Shown here piece by piece: positions 24,648 through 34,356 of a DNA stretch of 64,000 bases. Under the pieces are notes generated by a model, which was given only the letters and a program-made list of their open reading frames with translations, was not told the origin of the DNA and searched no databases. Position 1 is the stretch's first letter, and each line of letters begins with the position of its first letter. Both the position numbers and the translations under genes were made by a program. Source of the DNA: Escherichia coli (lineage in GTDB: Bacteria; Pseudomonadota; Gammaproteobacteria; Enterobacterales; Enterobacteriaceae); NCBI RefSeq assembly GCF_016026235.1, contig NZ_CP065613.1, one strand, 5' to 3'.

Positions 24648-26087
24648 ATGTCAGTACCCGTTCAACATCCTATGTATATTGATGGACAGTTTGTTACCTG
24701 GCGTGGAGACGCATGGATTGATGTGGTAAACCCTGCTACAGAGGCTGTCATTTCCCGCATTCCCGATGGTCAGGCCGAGGATGCTCGTAAGGCAATCGAT
24801 GCAGCAGAACGTGCACAACCAGAATGGGAAGCGTTGCCTGCTATTGAACGCGCCAGTTGGTTGCGCAAAATCTCCGCCGGGATCCGCGAACGCGCCAGTG
24901 AAATCAGTGCGCTGATTGTTGAAGAAGGGGGCAAGATCCAGCAGCTGGCTGAAGTCGAAGTGGCTTTTACTGCCGACTATATCGATTACATGGCGGAGTG
25001 GGCACGGCGTTACGAGGGCGAGATTATTCAAAGCGATCGTCCAGGAGAAAATATTCTTCTGTTTAAACGTGCGCTTGGTGTGACTACCGGCATTCTGCCG
25101 TGGAACTTCCCGTTCTTCCTCATTGCCCGCAAAATGGCTCCCGCTCTTTTGACCGGTAATACCATCGTCATTAAACCCAGTGAATTTACGCCAAACAATG
25201 CGATTGCATTCGCCAAAATCGTCGATGAAATAGGCCTTCCGCGCGGCGTGTTTAACCTTGTTCTGGGGCGTGGTGAAACCGTTGGGCAAGAACTGGCGGG
25301 TAACCCAAAGGTCGCAATGGTCAGTATGACAGGCAGCGTCTCTGCAGGTGAGAAGATCATGGCGACTGCGGCGAAAAACATCACCAAAGTGTGCCTGGAA
25401 CTGGGGGGTAAAGCACCAGCTATCGTAATGGACGATGCCGATCTTGAACTGGCAGTCAAAGCCATCGTTGATTCACGCGTCATTAATAGTGGGCAAGTGT
25501 GTAACTGTGCAGAACGTGTTTATGTACAGAAAGGCATTTATGATCAGTTCGTCAATCGGCTGGGTGAAGCGATGCAGGCGGTTCAATTTGGTAACCCCGC
25601 TGAACGCAACGACATTGCGATGGGGCCGTTGATTAACGCCGCGGCGCTGGAAAGGGTCGAGCAAAAAGTGGCGCGCGCAGTAGAAGAAGGGGCGAGAGTG
25701 GCGTTGGGTGGCAAAGCGGTAGAGGGGAAAGGATATTATTATCCGCCGACATTGCTGCTGGATGTTCGCCAGGAAATGTCGATTATGCATGAGGAAACCT
25801 TTGGCCCGGTTCTGCCGGTAGTCGCATTTGACACGCTGGAAGATGCTATCTCAATGGCTAATGACAGTGATTACGGCCTGACCTCATCAATCTATACCCA
25901 AAATCTGAACGTCGCGATGAAAGCCATTAAAGGGCTGAAGTTTGGTGAAACTTACATCAACCGTGAAAACTTCGAAGCTATGCAAGGCTTCCACGCCGGA
26001 TGGCGTAAATCCGGTATTGGCGGCGCAGATGGTAAACATGGCCTGCATGAATATCTGCAGACCCAGGTGGTTTATTTACAGTCTTAA
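24648..26087 (+). CDS. aldA: Lactaldehyde / glycolaldehyde dehydrogenase (NAD+)
   Basis: 479-aa ORF recognised as aldehyde dehydrogenase AldA. Confidence 0.95.
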   Translation: MSVPVQHPMYIDGQFVTWRGDAWIDVVNPATEAVISRIPDGQAEDARKAIDAAERAQPEWEALPAIERASWLRKISAGIRERASEISALIVEEGGKIQQLAEVEVAFTADYIDYMAEWARRYEGEIIQSDRPGENILLFKRALGVTTGILPWNFPFFLIARKMAPALLTGNTIVIKPSEFTPNNAIAFAKIVDEIGLPRGVFNLVLGRGETVGQELAGNPKVAMVSMTGSVSAGEKIMATAAKNITKVCLELGGKAPAIVMDDADLELAVKAIVDSRVINSGQVCNCAERVYVQKGIYDQFVNRLGEAMQAVQFGNPAERNDIAMGPLINAAALERVEQKVARAVEEGARVALGGKAVEGKGYYYPPTLLLDVRQEMSIMHEETFGPVLPVVAFDTLEDAISMANDSDYGLTSSIYTQNLNVAMKAIKGLKFGETYINRENFEAMQGFHAGWRKSGIGGADGKHGLHEYLQTQVVYLQS

Positions 26088-26096
26088 TGAGTGAAA

Positions 26097-26121
26097 GAGG
26101 CGGAGGTTTTTTCCCTCCGCC
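26097..26121. terminator. Hairpin between convergent aldA and gapC (GGCGGAGG tttttt(c) CCTCCGCC)
   Basis: GC-rich 8-bp stem with a T-rich loop between the two stop codons. Confidence 0.4.
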
Positions 26122-26129
26122 TGTGCGCG

Positions 26130-27131
26130 TCAGAGTTTAGCGAATTTTTCGAGGGTGCGAATAAGCTGCGTGACGAAGCCATATTCGTTATCGTACCAGG
26201 CGACCGTTTTCACCAGTTGTAAATCGCCCACGGCGGTAATTTCCGTTTGCGTGGCATCAAACACTGAACCGAAATGGCTGCCAATGATATCGGAAGAGAC
26301 TATTTCTTCATCGGTATAACCAAATGACTCGTTATTGGTGGTTGCTTGTTTAAGTGCGTTATTCACCTCTTCGGCAGTCACTTTTTTTCCGAGAATCGAT
26401 ACCAGTTCAGTGACCGAACCTGTTTTCACCGGCACGCGTTGCGCATGACCTTTCAGTTTGCCGCTCAGTTCCGGGATCACCAGACCAATGGCTTTTGCCG
26501 CCCCCGTAGTGTGGGGAATGATATTTTCTGCCGCTGCGCGTGAAGCACGTAAATCTTTACCACGTGGGCCATCCACCAGTGACTGGGTGCCAGTATAGGC
26601 ATGAATGGTCGTCATCGTGCCGACTTCTATCCCGAAACTGTCATGCAAGGCTTTGGCCATCGGCGCAAGACAGTTAGTGGTGCATGACGCCACGGAAACA
26701 ATGGTGTCGTTGCCATCCAGAGTGTCGTCATTGACGTTATAAACGATAGTTTTCATTTCACCGGCAGGAGCGGAAATCAACACCTTCTTCGCACCAGCAT
26801 CAAGATGCGCCTGCGATTTATCGGCGGAGGTATAAAAGCCAGTACATTCGACAATGATTTCTGCCCCTTTCGCTTTCCACGGAATATTTTTAGCCTCTTT
26901 TTCGGCGTAAATCGCGATACTTTTCCCATCAACGATAAGTGAATCTTCCGTAAAATCAACGCTCCAGGGGAACGGTCCGTAGTTTGAATCATGTTTGAGC
27001 AGGTAGGCGAGAATTTTTGGAGAAGTGAGATCATTAATAGCGACAACGTCTATGTTGCTTTTGACTTCAAGTAATCGACGCAACACCAGTCGACCGATAC
27101 GACCAAAACCGTTAATACCAACTTTACTCAT
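26130..27131 (-). CDS. gapC: Glyceraldehyde-3-phosphate dehydrogenase paralog, apparently intact
   Basis: Uninterrupted 333-aa ORF ([20 protein letters not shown]...), NAD-binding motif and catalytic ...SCTTNCLAP... present. Confidence 0.9.
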   Translation of the reverse strand: MSKVGINGFGRIGRLVLRRLLEVKSNIDVVAINDLTSPKILAYLLKHDSNYGPFPWSVDFTEDSLIVDGKSIAIYAEKEAKNIPWKAKGAEIIVECTGFYTSADKSQAHLDAGAKKVLISAPAGEMKTIVYNVNDDTLDGNDTIVSVASCTTNCLAPMAKALHDSFGIEVGTMTTIHAYTGTQSLVDGPRGKDLRASRAAAENIIPHTTGAAKAIGLVIPELSGKLKGHAQRVPVKTGSVTELVSILGKKVTAEEVNNALKQATTNNESFGYTDEEIVSSDIIGSHFGSVFDATQTEITAVGDLQLVKTVAWYDNEYGFVTQLIRTLEKFAKL

Positions 27132-27319
27132 GGTTTTCTCCTGTCAGGAACGTTCGGATGAAAATTGATCCTTTCCAGGCTTAGACCAGGATTGTGGGAT
27201 GGGCAATCTCCATTCTTACAGTGAAACGTAACGTACTGAAAACGGGTGAACAATATTTAATGAAATTTTGAGAAAAGCCCGTTATGTTAACGGAAAATTA
27301 TGTTGAAGCAGGAAATGTT

Positions 27320-27850
27320 ATGGAAAATAAATACTCAAGGTTACAAATCGGCATTCACTGGCTGGTCTTTTTGCTGGTTATCGCAGCGTATTGCGCAATG
27401 GAGTTTCGTGGTTTCTTCCCACGTAGCGAACGGCCGCTCATCAACATGATTCATGTTTCCTGTGGCATCTCAATTCTCGTGCTGATGGTGGTTCGTCTTT
27501 TGTTAAGACTGAAATACCCAACCCCGCCGATTATACCTAAGCCGAAACCGATGATGACGGGACTGGCGCATTTGGGACATTTGGTGATTTATCTCCTGTT
27601 TATTGCGCTGCCAGTGATTGGTTTGGTGATGATGTATAACCGGGGCAACCCGTGGTTTGCGTTTGGTTTGACGATGCCTTACGCTTCAGAGGCCAATTTC
27701 GAACGGGTAGATAGCTTAAAGTCGTGGCATGAAACGCTGGCGAATCTGGGATATTTTGTCATCGGTTTGCACGCTGCGGCTGCACTGGCACACCACTATT
27801 TCTGGAAGGACAACACACTTCTACGCATGATGCCGCGTAAACGTTCCTGA
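27320..27850 (+). CDS. cybB: Cytochrome b561
   Basis: ORF 27284..27850; ATG at 27320 (MENKYSRLQIGIHWLVFLLV...), 176 aa. Confidence 0.9.
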   Translation: MENKYSRLQIGIHWLVFLLVIAAYCAMEFRGFFPRSERPLINMIHVSCGISILVLMVVRLLLRLKYPTPPIIPKPKPMMTGLAHLGHLVIYLLFIALPVIGLVMMYNRGNPWFAFGLTMPYASEANFERVDSLKSWHETLANLGYFVIGLHAAAALAHHYFWKDNTLLRMMPRKRS

Positions 27851-27860
27851 AGAATATTTA

Positions 27861-27924
27861 AAGAAAACGCCTGTACTAAAACCGACCCGTGGTACAGGCG
27901 AAGAATACGGGTCTACATCGGAAG
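27861..27924 (-). ncRNA. rydC: Hfq-dependent small RNA RydC
   Basis: Reverse complement reads CTTCCGATGTAGACCCGTATTCTTCGCCTGTACCACGGGTCGGTTTTAGTACAGGCGTTTTCTT, which I recognise as RydC; K-12 position between cybB and ydcA is conserved. Confidence 0.75.
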
Positions 27925-28094
27925 CGCCTATTATATTTATTTGTATGACAAATAAAACCATAATCCTTGCCCATACGTCCATCTGGCTTATTTTTAATCA
28001 ATTCACCCGATCTTTGATCTCATCAACGGTATCAAAATAAACCAGCGTATAACGTTCAAATCGAACATAAGATTCGATAAACCATGGAGGTTAT

Positions 28095-28268
28095 ATGAAA
28101 AAACTGGCACTTATTTTGTTTATGGGAACGCTTGTTTCCTTTTATGCCGATGCCGGGCGCAAACCCTGTTCTGGTTCGAAAGGGGGGATCTCACACTGTA
28201 CGGCAGGCGGCAAATTTGTCTGTAATGATGGTTCTATTAGTGCATCGAAAAAAACATGCACTAACTGA
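28095..28268 (+). CDS. ydcA: Small secreted protein (57 aa, signal peptide)
   Basis: ATG at 28095 with an upstream GGAGG; MKKLALILFMGTLVSFYADA... to TGA at 28266-28268. Below the ORF-track length cutoff, read by hand. Confidence 0.75.
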   Translation: MKKLALILFMGTLVSFYADAGRKPCSGSKGGISHCTAGGKFVCNDGSISASKKTCTN

Positions 28269-28328
28269 AGTGTAAAAGGGGTGCCATGAGAAAATGAATC
28301 TGCTAGTCAGATGCGCGGGGAAAATCCC

Positions 28329-29622
28329 CTGAGGGATCCCCAGAAAATTTAGTAAACCATTATCATATTGGTATACCGTTGCTGTAGAACTTTCAGCCCT
28401 GCGTCAAGTGACAGTGTGTTTAGTATGAGTGGAGAATGTCGAATCACATTCTCCGCCAGTTTTAATAACGAGATGACTCGCCTGTGCTTCACTGTATTTG
28501 CCTGATATTTATGATGTATCCCTTTGTTTTCCAGGCTGAAACCGCTTAACCACATAATGATACTGGCTAATGTTGCGATCAGACTCAATACCGTGACCCG
28601 CCCGGATGAATGACTGGCACCAAACCGTAGTCCAAATCCCCAGCGAGGATTTTTTTCATCCCTGAAATTTTGCTCAATTTGCATTCTACGGCTGTATAAT
28701 TTCATTACCTGTTTTGGCGAGAACTCAGTACTGTTTGTGAAAATAAACCATGGTGATTTCCCGGCAGTACGAGCTTTAGCCGTCACCGATGGTCTGGTTG
28801 CTCTTTCCTTCGAGCGTTTAAATCTACGACCTTTAGGCTTACTTTTATAAAGATAAAAATGCCCTTCATGTTGTGCATTTTTATCTCGACCCAGCAGGCC
28901 TTCACCTAAATAAATTGCTGTCGTTGATGCTTTTGTGCCTGAGTCCGACACCTTTTCCCAGCCATTACCAACATTGTAATAATGATTGCCCAGTACCCGG
29001 CAAATATAGGTCCAGCCACGGGAGCGGAGCTGTTGGAACCATCGCCCCTGAAAACCGGCATCTGTAATAACAATGACATCAGTCCCGGGGGAAAAGCACT
29101 CAGCAAGCGATTCCAGAAAACGCTCATGTACATCTGCATTCGCTGTCTGTGATGATGGAACGACACAACTCATCAACGGTAAAGAACGCCCGTCACATGC
29201 CAGGCTTGCCCGCAAAAGCTGAAAACGAGAGGCATGATAAGCACTCCAGTCAATGAGTATCACAACACGAGACATTCCCCGCGTAATCTTTTGGGTAATT
29301 CGCTGAAAAATGGTGGAAACCTCATTTTGCAAATGTCGATTCCCCAACAGTCGATCCACCCGCTTTATTTTGTTTTTAACTGATGCCGTACCGGTTAAAT
29401 GACGCCCGATACTGGTAAGTGTGAGGGAAGCGCCATTTATTACAGCATTAGTTGCGTCAATCAGTGATTTTTGACGGTAAAGATGCAAAGGGGCCAGTAT
29501 GTTGTTAAGGAAATTTTGGCATAATGAACGTGCAGGCATAGTGGTGATCTCCTTGAAATTGTTAGCACAATCAATTAGATCACATCTCACTATGCCTGTC
29601 TTGTTTTCTGGGGATTCCTCAG
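28329..29622 (-). mobile_element. IS4-family (IS10-like) insertion sequence, about 1.29 kb, with 19-bp imperfect terminal inverted repeats
   Basis: Left end CTGAGGGATCCCCAGAAAA (28329-28347) and right end TTTTCTGGGGATTCCTCAG (29604-29622) match 18/19 as inverted repeats and resemble the IS10 terminus (CTGA..ATCCCC). Encodes a single transposase. Confidence 0.8.
28349..29539 (-). CDS. IS10-like DDE transposase (396 aa)
   Basis: Aligns by eye with the IS10 transposase as I recall it (KRVDRLLGNRHL, ILIDWS, DAGF, C-terminal YSRRMQIEQNFRDEK). Start taken as ATG at 29539 (MPARSLCQNF...); the track ORF extends 37 codons past the IS end. Confidence 0.85.
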   Translation of the reverse strand: MPARSLCQNFLNNILAPLHLYRQKSLIDATNAVINGASLTLTSIGRHLTGTASVKNKIKRVDRLLGNRHLQNEVSTIFQRITQKITRGMSRVVILIDWSAYHASRFQLLRASLACDGRSLPLMSCVVPSSQTANADVHERFLESLAECFSPGTDVIVITDAGFQGRWFQQLRSRGWTYICRVLGNHYYNVGNGWEKVSDSGTKASTTAIYLGEGLLGRDKNAQHEGHFYLYKSKPKGRRFKRSKERATRPSVTAKARTAGKSPWFIFTNSTEFSPKQVMKLYSRRMQIEQNFRDEKNPRWGFGLRFGASHSSGRVTVLSLIATLASIIMWLSGFSLENKGIHHKYQANTVKHRRVISLLKLAENVIRHSPLILNTLSLDAGLKVLQQRYTNMIMVY

Positions 29623-30917
29623 GGGAAGGCCACGCCTGCAACAGCGTCATGTTGACCGAGCAGGGTTAACGACAATTCGGTTTCCGTACCGGCGGCAATG
29701 GATTCCAGATTCCATTTGCCTTTTTCTCCCCAGCGGAAACCAATCGAACCGTTCGGCACTACCAATTCACCTGCGGTATTAACTGCTACGGTTTTCCACT
29801 GCGGATTGTTGCTTTCGCCCAGTCCATCCACCAGGTCAGATGCGCGGATCATGCGCCCAGGAACGTAGCTACCATCGTCGCGAGGCTCCAGCATTACCAG
29901 CATCGGCATGTCGCTGTAGCGGCGGCAGTAGTTGATAAAGTAGTCGCTGGGATTATCGAGATGAAACTCTTTTAAAATCACATGGCCCATTGCCATCGCC
30001 AGGGCGCTATCAGTGCCTTGTTTCGGTGCCAGCCACTGGTCGCACAATTTGGCCACTTCAGAGTAGTCAGGGGTAATGGCGATGGTTTTAGTGCCTTTGT
30101 AGCGTACTTCGGTAAAGAAGTGGGCGTCCGGCGTACGTGTCTGCGGTACGTTAGACCCCCAGGCGATGATGTAGCTGGAGTTATACCAGTCGGCAGATTC
30201 CGGTACGTCGGTTTGCTCGCCCTAGGTCATCGGCGAGGCGGGCGGCAGGTCGCAATACCAGTCGTAGAAACTTAAACAGGTGCCGCCAAGCAGCGACAGA
30301 TAACGCGTTCCGGCGGCGTAAGAAACCATCGACATCGCCGGGATCGGCGAGAAACCGGCAACGCGATCCGGGCCGTAGGTTTTGATGGTCCAGACGTTAG
30401 CGGCGGCAATCAGCTGGTTTAGTTCCTGCCAGTTGGAGCGGATAAACCCGCCGCGCCCACGCACTTGTTTGTAGCTCAGGCACTTTTGCGGATCGTTCAT
30501 AATCGATGCCCACGCCAGTACCGGATCGCTGTGTTGCTTGAGGGCTTCGCGCCACAGTTCAATCAGTCGTTTACGAATGAGCGGGTATTTCAGGCGGTTA
30601 GCGCTGTAAAGATACCAGGAGTAACTTGCGCCACGCGGGCAGCCGCGAGGTTCATGATTGGGCAGGTCAGGGCGAGTGCGCGGGTAGTCGGTCTGTTGGA
30701 TTTCCCAGGTCACCAGACCATTTTTAACGTAGATTTTCCAGCTACAGGAGCCTGTACAGTTAACACCGTGGGTGGAACGCACGATTTTGTCGAACTGCCA
30801 ACGCTGGCGATAGCTGTCCTCCCAGTCGCGGTTGCTATGCATCACCTGTCCGTGACCATCGGCAAAGGTTTCGCCCTTTTGTTTGAAGTAGCGAAAGCGA
30901 TCCAAAAGTTTACTCAT
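29623..30917 (-). pseudogene. narZ: Respiratory nitrate reductase Z alpha subunit, 5' remnant (truncated by IS, plus in-frame TAG)
   Basis: Starts [24 protein letters not shown] at 30917; in-frame TAG at 30222-30224 (plus strand CTA); frame continues to the IS right end at 29622. Only about 430 of roughly 1,250 codons remain; no narY/narW/narV follows. Confidence 0.85.
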
Positions 30918-30998
30918 GACATGACTCCTGCTCCAGGAATGAATTGGGATCTGATGTCTTGTCGGATGCGACACGGTTGTACATCAGGCATCGATCTC

Positions 30999-32387
30999 TT
31001 ATTTTTGGCTGAACTTCCGCCGACCATAAACCAGCCAGGTCAGCAGCACACAAACGATGTAGAAGATTAAAAACACTTTCATCGCGCCGACCGGAGAGTC
31101 GGTCATATTGAGCGACATGCCAAACGCCTGCGGAATAAAAAAGCCGCCCACTGCGCCAATGGCTGAGATAAAGCCCAGAGCCGCCGCCGTTTCGGTGACG
31201 GCTTCTTTCTGAGCTTGCTCATCACTACCGCCTTTCATCTTTACCCGATAAATGGTTATCTGGCGAAAGATGACGGCGATCATCTGGAAAGTAGAACCAC
31301 TTCCCAGACCCGCAGTCAGAAACAGCCCCATAAATACGGCGTAAAAGGCGATGAAATTACCGGAGCCTGTGCCCGGTAAGGTAAGGAACAGCAGGGCACT
31401 GAAAATCGCCATAAAAATAAAGTTGATCAACGTCACCCGCACGCCGCCGAACTTATCGGAAATAGCACCACCAACCGACCGCGCGATGGCACCGATAAAT
31501 GGGCCAAAGAACGCCAGGCGCAGAATATTCACATCCGGGAACTGGGTTTTTGCCAGCATGGCAAAACCCGCAGAAAAACCGATAAACGAACCGAAGGTGG
31601 CAAGGTAAAGCAGGCTCAGCAGCCAGAGATGCAGGCGTTGTAAGACAGGGAGCTGGTCGGCAATTGAGGCGCGTGAACTGGCGATATCATTCATCCCTGA
31701 CCAGGCGGCGATCGTGGCAATCGCCAGTAGCGGTACCCAAATCCATGCGGCATTCGCCAGCGACATCACCGAACCGTCGGCCTGCGGTACGCCATTGACG
31801 CCGAGAAAGGCAAATACAGGTACAAAAATGACCAGCGGTGCAACCAGCTGCATTACACTTACACCTAAGTTTCCTAATCCGCCATTAATCCCAAGAGCGC
31901 TCCCTTGTTTGGCTTTTGGAAAGAAGAAACTGATATTGCCCATGCTCGAAGCAAAGTTTGCACCTGCAAAACCGCATAGCAAAGCGATAACGATAAATAT
32001 CCCAAAAGGAGTATTCGGATTTTGCACGGCAATTCCGAGCCAGACGCAAGGAATAATCAGGATTGCAGTACTAAAAACCGTCCATCGGCGTCCACCGAAT
32101 ATAGGCACCATAAAGGAGTAGGGAACACGCAATAATGCGCCAGAAACGGAGGGTAATGCGGTTAATAAAAAGAGTTGATCGGTAGTAAAATTAAAACCGA
32201 TTTTATTGAGATTAACGGTAACTGCGCTAAATAGCATCCAGACACAGAAGGCAAGAAGTAGACAACTGACTGATATCCAGAGGTTTCTTCGAGCAATATG
32301 TTTTCCTTTATTTTCCCAGAAGGCCGGATTTTCTGGTTTCCAGTCGCGTAAAAGATAACGACTATTTTTCTCATTTTGCAGTGCCAT
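30999..32387 (-). CDS. narU: Nitrate/nitrite transporter (MFS)
   Basis: ORF 30999..32447; likely start ATG at 32387 (MALQNEKNSRYLLRDW...), 462 aa. Confidence 0.9.
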   Translation of the reverse strand: MALQNEKNSRYLLRDWKPENPAFWENKGKHIARRNLWISVSCLLLAFCVWMLFSAVTVNLNKIGFNFTTDQLFLLTALPSVSGALLRVPYSFMVPIFGGRRWTVFSTAILIIPCVWLGIAVQNPNTPFGIFIVIALLCGFAGANFASSMGNISFFFPKAKQGSALGINGGLGNLGVSVMQLVAPLVIFVPVFAFLGVNGVPQADGSVMSLANAAWIWVPLLAIATIAAWSGMNDIASSRASIADQLPVLQRLHLWLLSLLYLATFGSFIGFSAGFAMLAKTQFPDVNILRLAFFGPFIGAIARSVGGAISDKFGGVRVTLINFIFMAIFSALLFLTLPGTGSGNFIAFYAVFMGLFLTAGLGSGSTFQMIAVIFRQITIYRVKMKGGSDEQAQKEAVTETAAALGFISAIGAVGGFFIPQAFGMSLNMTDSPVGAMKVFLIFYIVCVLLTWLVYGRRKFSQK

Positions 32388-32710
32388 ATTGTTCCTCACA
32401 TGCACACATTGGTAATGAAAAAAGACAAAACAGGAGGTAAGGCGCAATAGCCAGTTATTAGAATTAAGGATGAATTGGGTGAAGTGCTGATTGAAAGAAT
32501 AGATAAGAAAGCGTAACCGCGGGGGCAGAATGGGGATTAAGTAGCCAGATATGTGTTACTAAATGTAACTAACAAGCTAACCTTCAAACGGGGGTTAATC
32601 TTTGAACGTATGTCATGTTTCAACCCTTCAGATCGTGAATCTAAAGGGTTACATATTAACTATATTATCAACAAGACCAGACACTTATAGAATTAGTGAT
32701 GATTTATTCA

Positions 32711-34042
32711 CTAAAAAGGCCATGAACTGGAGGAAAACGATCTGTCCAGAAGGTCTATCGGTTCCTCTCTTATTGCCTGATTGTAATAATCGTTATTACA
32801 GTAAGTATTGTTTATTTCATCTAAGGTCATGTTTTTAACTTTTATATTCCTCTGGTTTACAACTTCCTCTGTCTTGTAAGTGTGTATATTATATGGGGTA
32901 TATGCTTTTTTAATAGGATAGTGAAACAATTCGTTATCCACATCTATTCCGTCAGAGTGAACTTCAAATGCACCAGGCGAAAGAATTGCCAGGCCAGTAT
33001 TAAGCTTAAGTGCTGGGGAAAACAAATTAAATAACATGAGCTGCATAGTAGGGCAATTGTTCTTCCCAGAAACATTTAAAAAATTTAAGTTTTTGCTCTG
33101 TTTTATTATGGGGAATAAAGTTCCAATATCGGATGTATTATTAGTATCAATGTGGGTTATTTTATTATTGTCCAGTCTTAAACTTTTGATAGATGGAAGA
33201 TAAGTCAGGAAATCAAGATTTATATATTTCAACTGGTTGTTAGCAGCGTTTAATGTCTGAACATTGCAGAAGTTGCTATAGAATATTTTAATTTCAGAAA
33301 GCAAATTGTTGTTAATAAGTAACGTATTCAAGTTGGGAAATAAGTCGTTGTGTAAACTTGTTAGTTTATTATGGGATAGATCCAGCAGTAAGAGTTCATT
33401 TTTATTACCTGCAACAATATCAGTTAATTGATTATGGCTGAGATTCAGGTATTGCAGCCATTCGCAAGATTCTAATTGCACAAACTCTAGTTGATTATGT
33501 GCCGCACTAAAATAAGTAACTGATGAAAGCCTATCTATATCAATATTTCTGAGAGCATTATTATTCATAGATATATGTGTAATACTTACATTTCTGCCTT
33601 GAGGAAAATTTATTGACTCAAGAGCATTACTATTCAGACTTAGCTTTACGAGTCTATCGTAGTTGGTTGCATCAAAATGTGTGAGTTGGTTATTATCAAG
33701 ATTGATAGATGTGAAGTTTTGCAGCCCTGGTGGTTGAGTGGTTAAATTAAGTCCTGATAAATCAATGGTCACTTCATTAGTGTCATCAATTATATTTCTT
33801 ACTGCAGTCCAGTACTGCATTTGTGCAAGTGGATCATTGTTGATGCCGTTAACTAATACATGCCAAAGATGTTTTGATGATATTAGTTGATCAATGTCAT
33901 TGGTTGGCAGTAAATTGTTATTGCTTAAGTTTAAATATTCCAGTTTTGTAGTGTTTTTGGCGTTTAAATGTGCAATATGGTTGTCGTTTAAAGTGATTGT
34001 TTTCATCCTGGGATGATTGTGTAATATAAGGTCAGTGATCAT
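32711..34042 (-). CDS. yddK: Leucine-rich-repeat protein (about 11 LRRs), no signal peptide, AT-rich gene
   Basis: 443-aa ORF with repeated LxxLxLxxNxLxxI units (LNLSHNQLTDI, LDLSHNKLTSL, LRLDNNKITHI...). Visibly AT-rich. Assigned to the yddK/yddJ locus by position; my memory is that K-12 has this as two shorter ORFs. Confidence 0.8.
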   Translation of the reverse strand: MITDLILHNHPRMKTITLNDNHIAHLNAKNTTKLEYLNLSNNNLLPTNDIDQLISSKHLWHVLVNGINNDPLAQMQYWTAVRNIIDDTNEVTIDLSGLNLTTQPPGLQNFTSINLDNNQLTHFDATNYDRLVKLSLNSNALESINFPQGRNVSITHISMNNNALRNIDIDRLSSVTYFSAAHNQLEFVQLESCEWLQYLNLSHNQLTDIVAGNKNELLLLDLSHNKLTSLHNDLFPNLNTLLINNNLLSEIKIFYSNFCNVQTLNAANNQLKYINLDFLTYLPSIKSLRLDNNKITHIDTNNTSDIGTLFPIIKQSKNLNFLNVSGKNNCPTMQLMLFNLFSPALKLNTGLAILSPGAFEVHSDGIDVDNELFHYPIKKAYTPYNIHTYKTEEVVNQRNIKVKNMTLDEINNTYCNNDYYNQAIREEPIDLLDRSFSSSSWPF

Positions 34043-34065
34043 ATTGTGATGGGCACTTAACTCAA

Positions 34066-34356
34066 TCAGAGATTCTTGCCGCGCGAGCCGTTGGCTTCAT
34101 CGTTATAGCCTTTAAAATCATATTCCCAGTGACCAAAACCAATCATTTGATCATTGATTTGCGTTTCTCCTTTAAAGCCGAGACGGGCATAAGTTTTATC
34201 ACCATCGTCACGCTTATCATCAGTAAAATAACGTAGAGCGGTAACCTTGCCATAAAGGTCGAGTTTATTACCATCCTTGTTATAGACTTCGGCAGCGTGT
34301 GCTACGTTCGCAGCTAACAAACCAGTTACAACCACCGCAACTATTTTTAATTTCAT
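34066..34356 (-). pseudogene. yddL: OmpC/OmpF-family porin N-terminal remnant (signal peptide + first strands)
   Basis: 96-aa [41 protein letters not shown]... resembles a general porin N-terminus but stops after about 75 mature residues; ends 23 bp upstream of yddK. Confidence 0.75.

Noticed and set aside
24651-25289. 212-aa minus-strand ORF, with similar ones at 25028..25483 and 25473..25790
   Set aside because: Antisense to aldA; shadow ORFs.
28320-29631. TCCC / GGGA inverted flanks as a target-site duplication
   Set aside because: Target duplications are direct repeats; the 9-bp flanks differ (GAAAATCCC vs GGGAAGGCC). The shared bases more likely reflect where the inverted repeat really ends or chance.
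28349-29650. 433-aa transposase ORF as given in the ORF track
   Set aside because: Its first 37 codons lie outside the IS right inverted repeat (29622), in narZ-derived sequence; the transposase start is the internal ATG at 29539.
29619-30056. 145-aa ORF as an independent gene
   Set aside because: Same frame as the narZ N-terminal ORF and its translation continues the same protein; it is the segment between the TAG and the IS.
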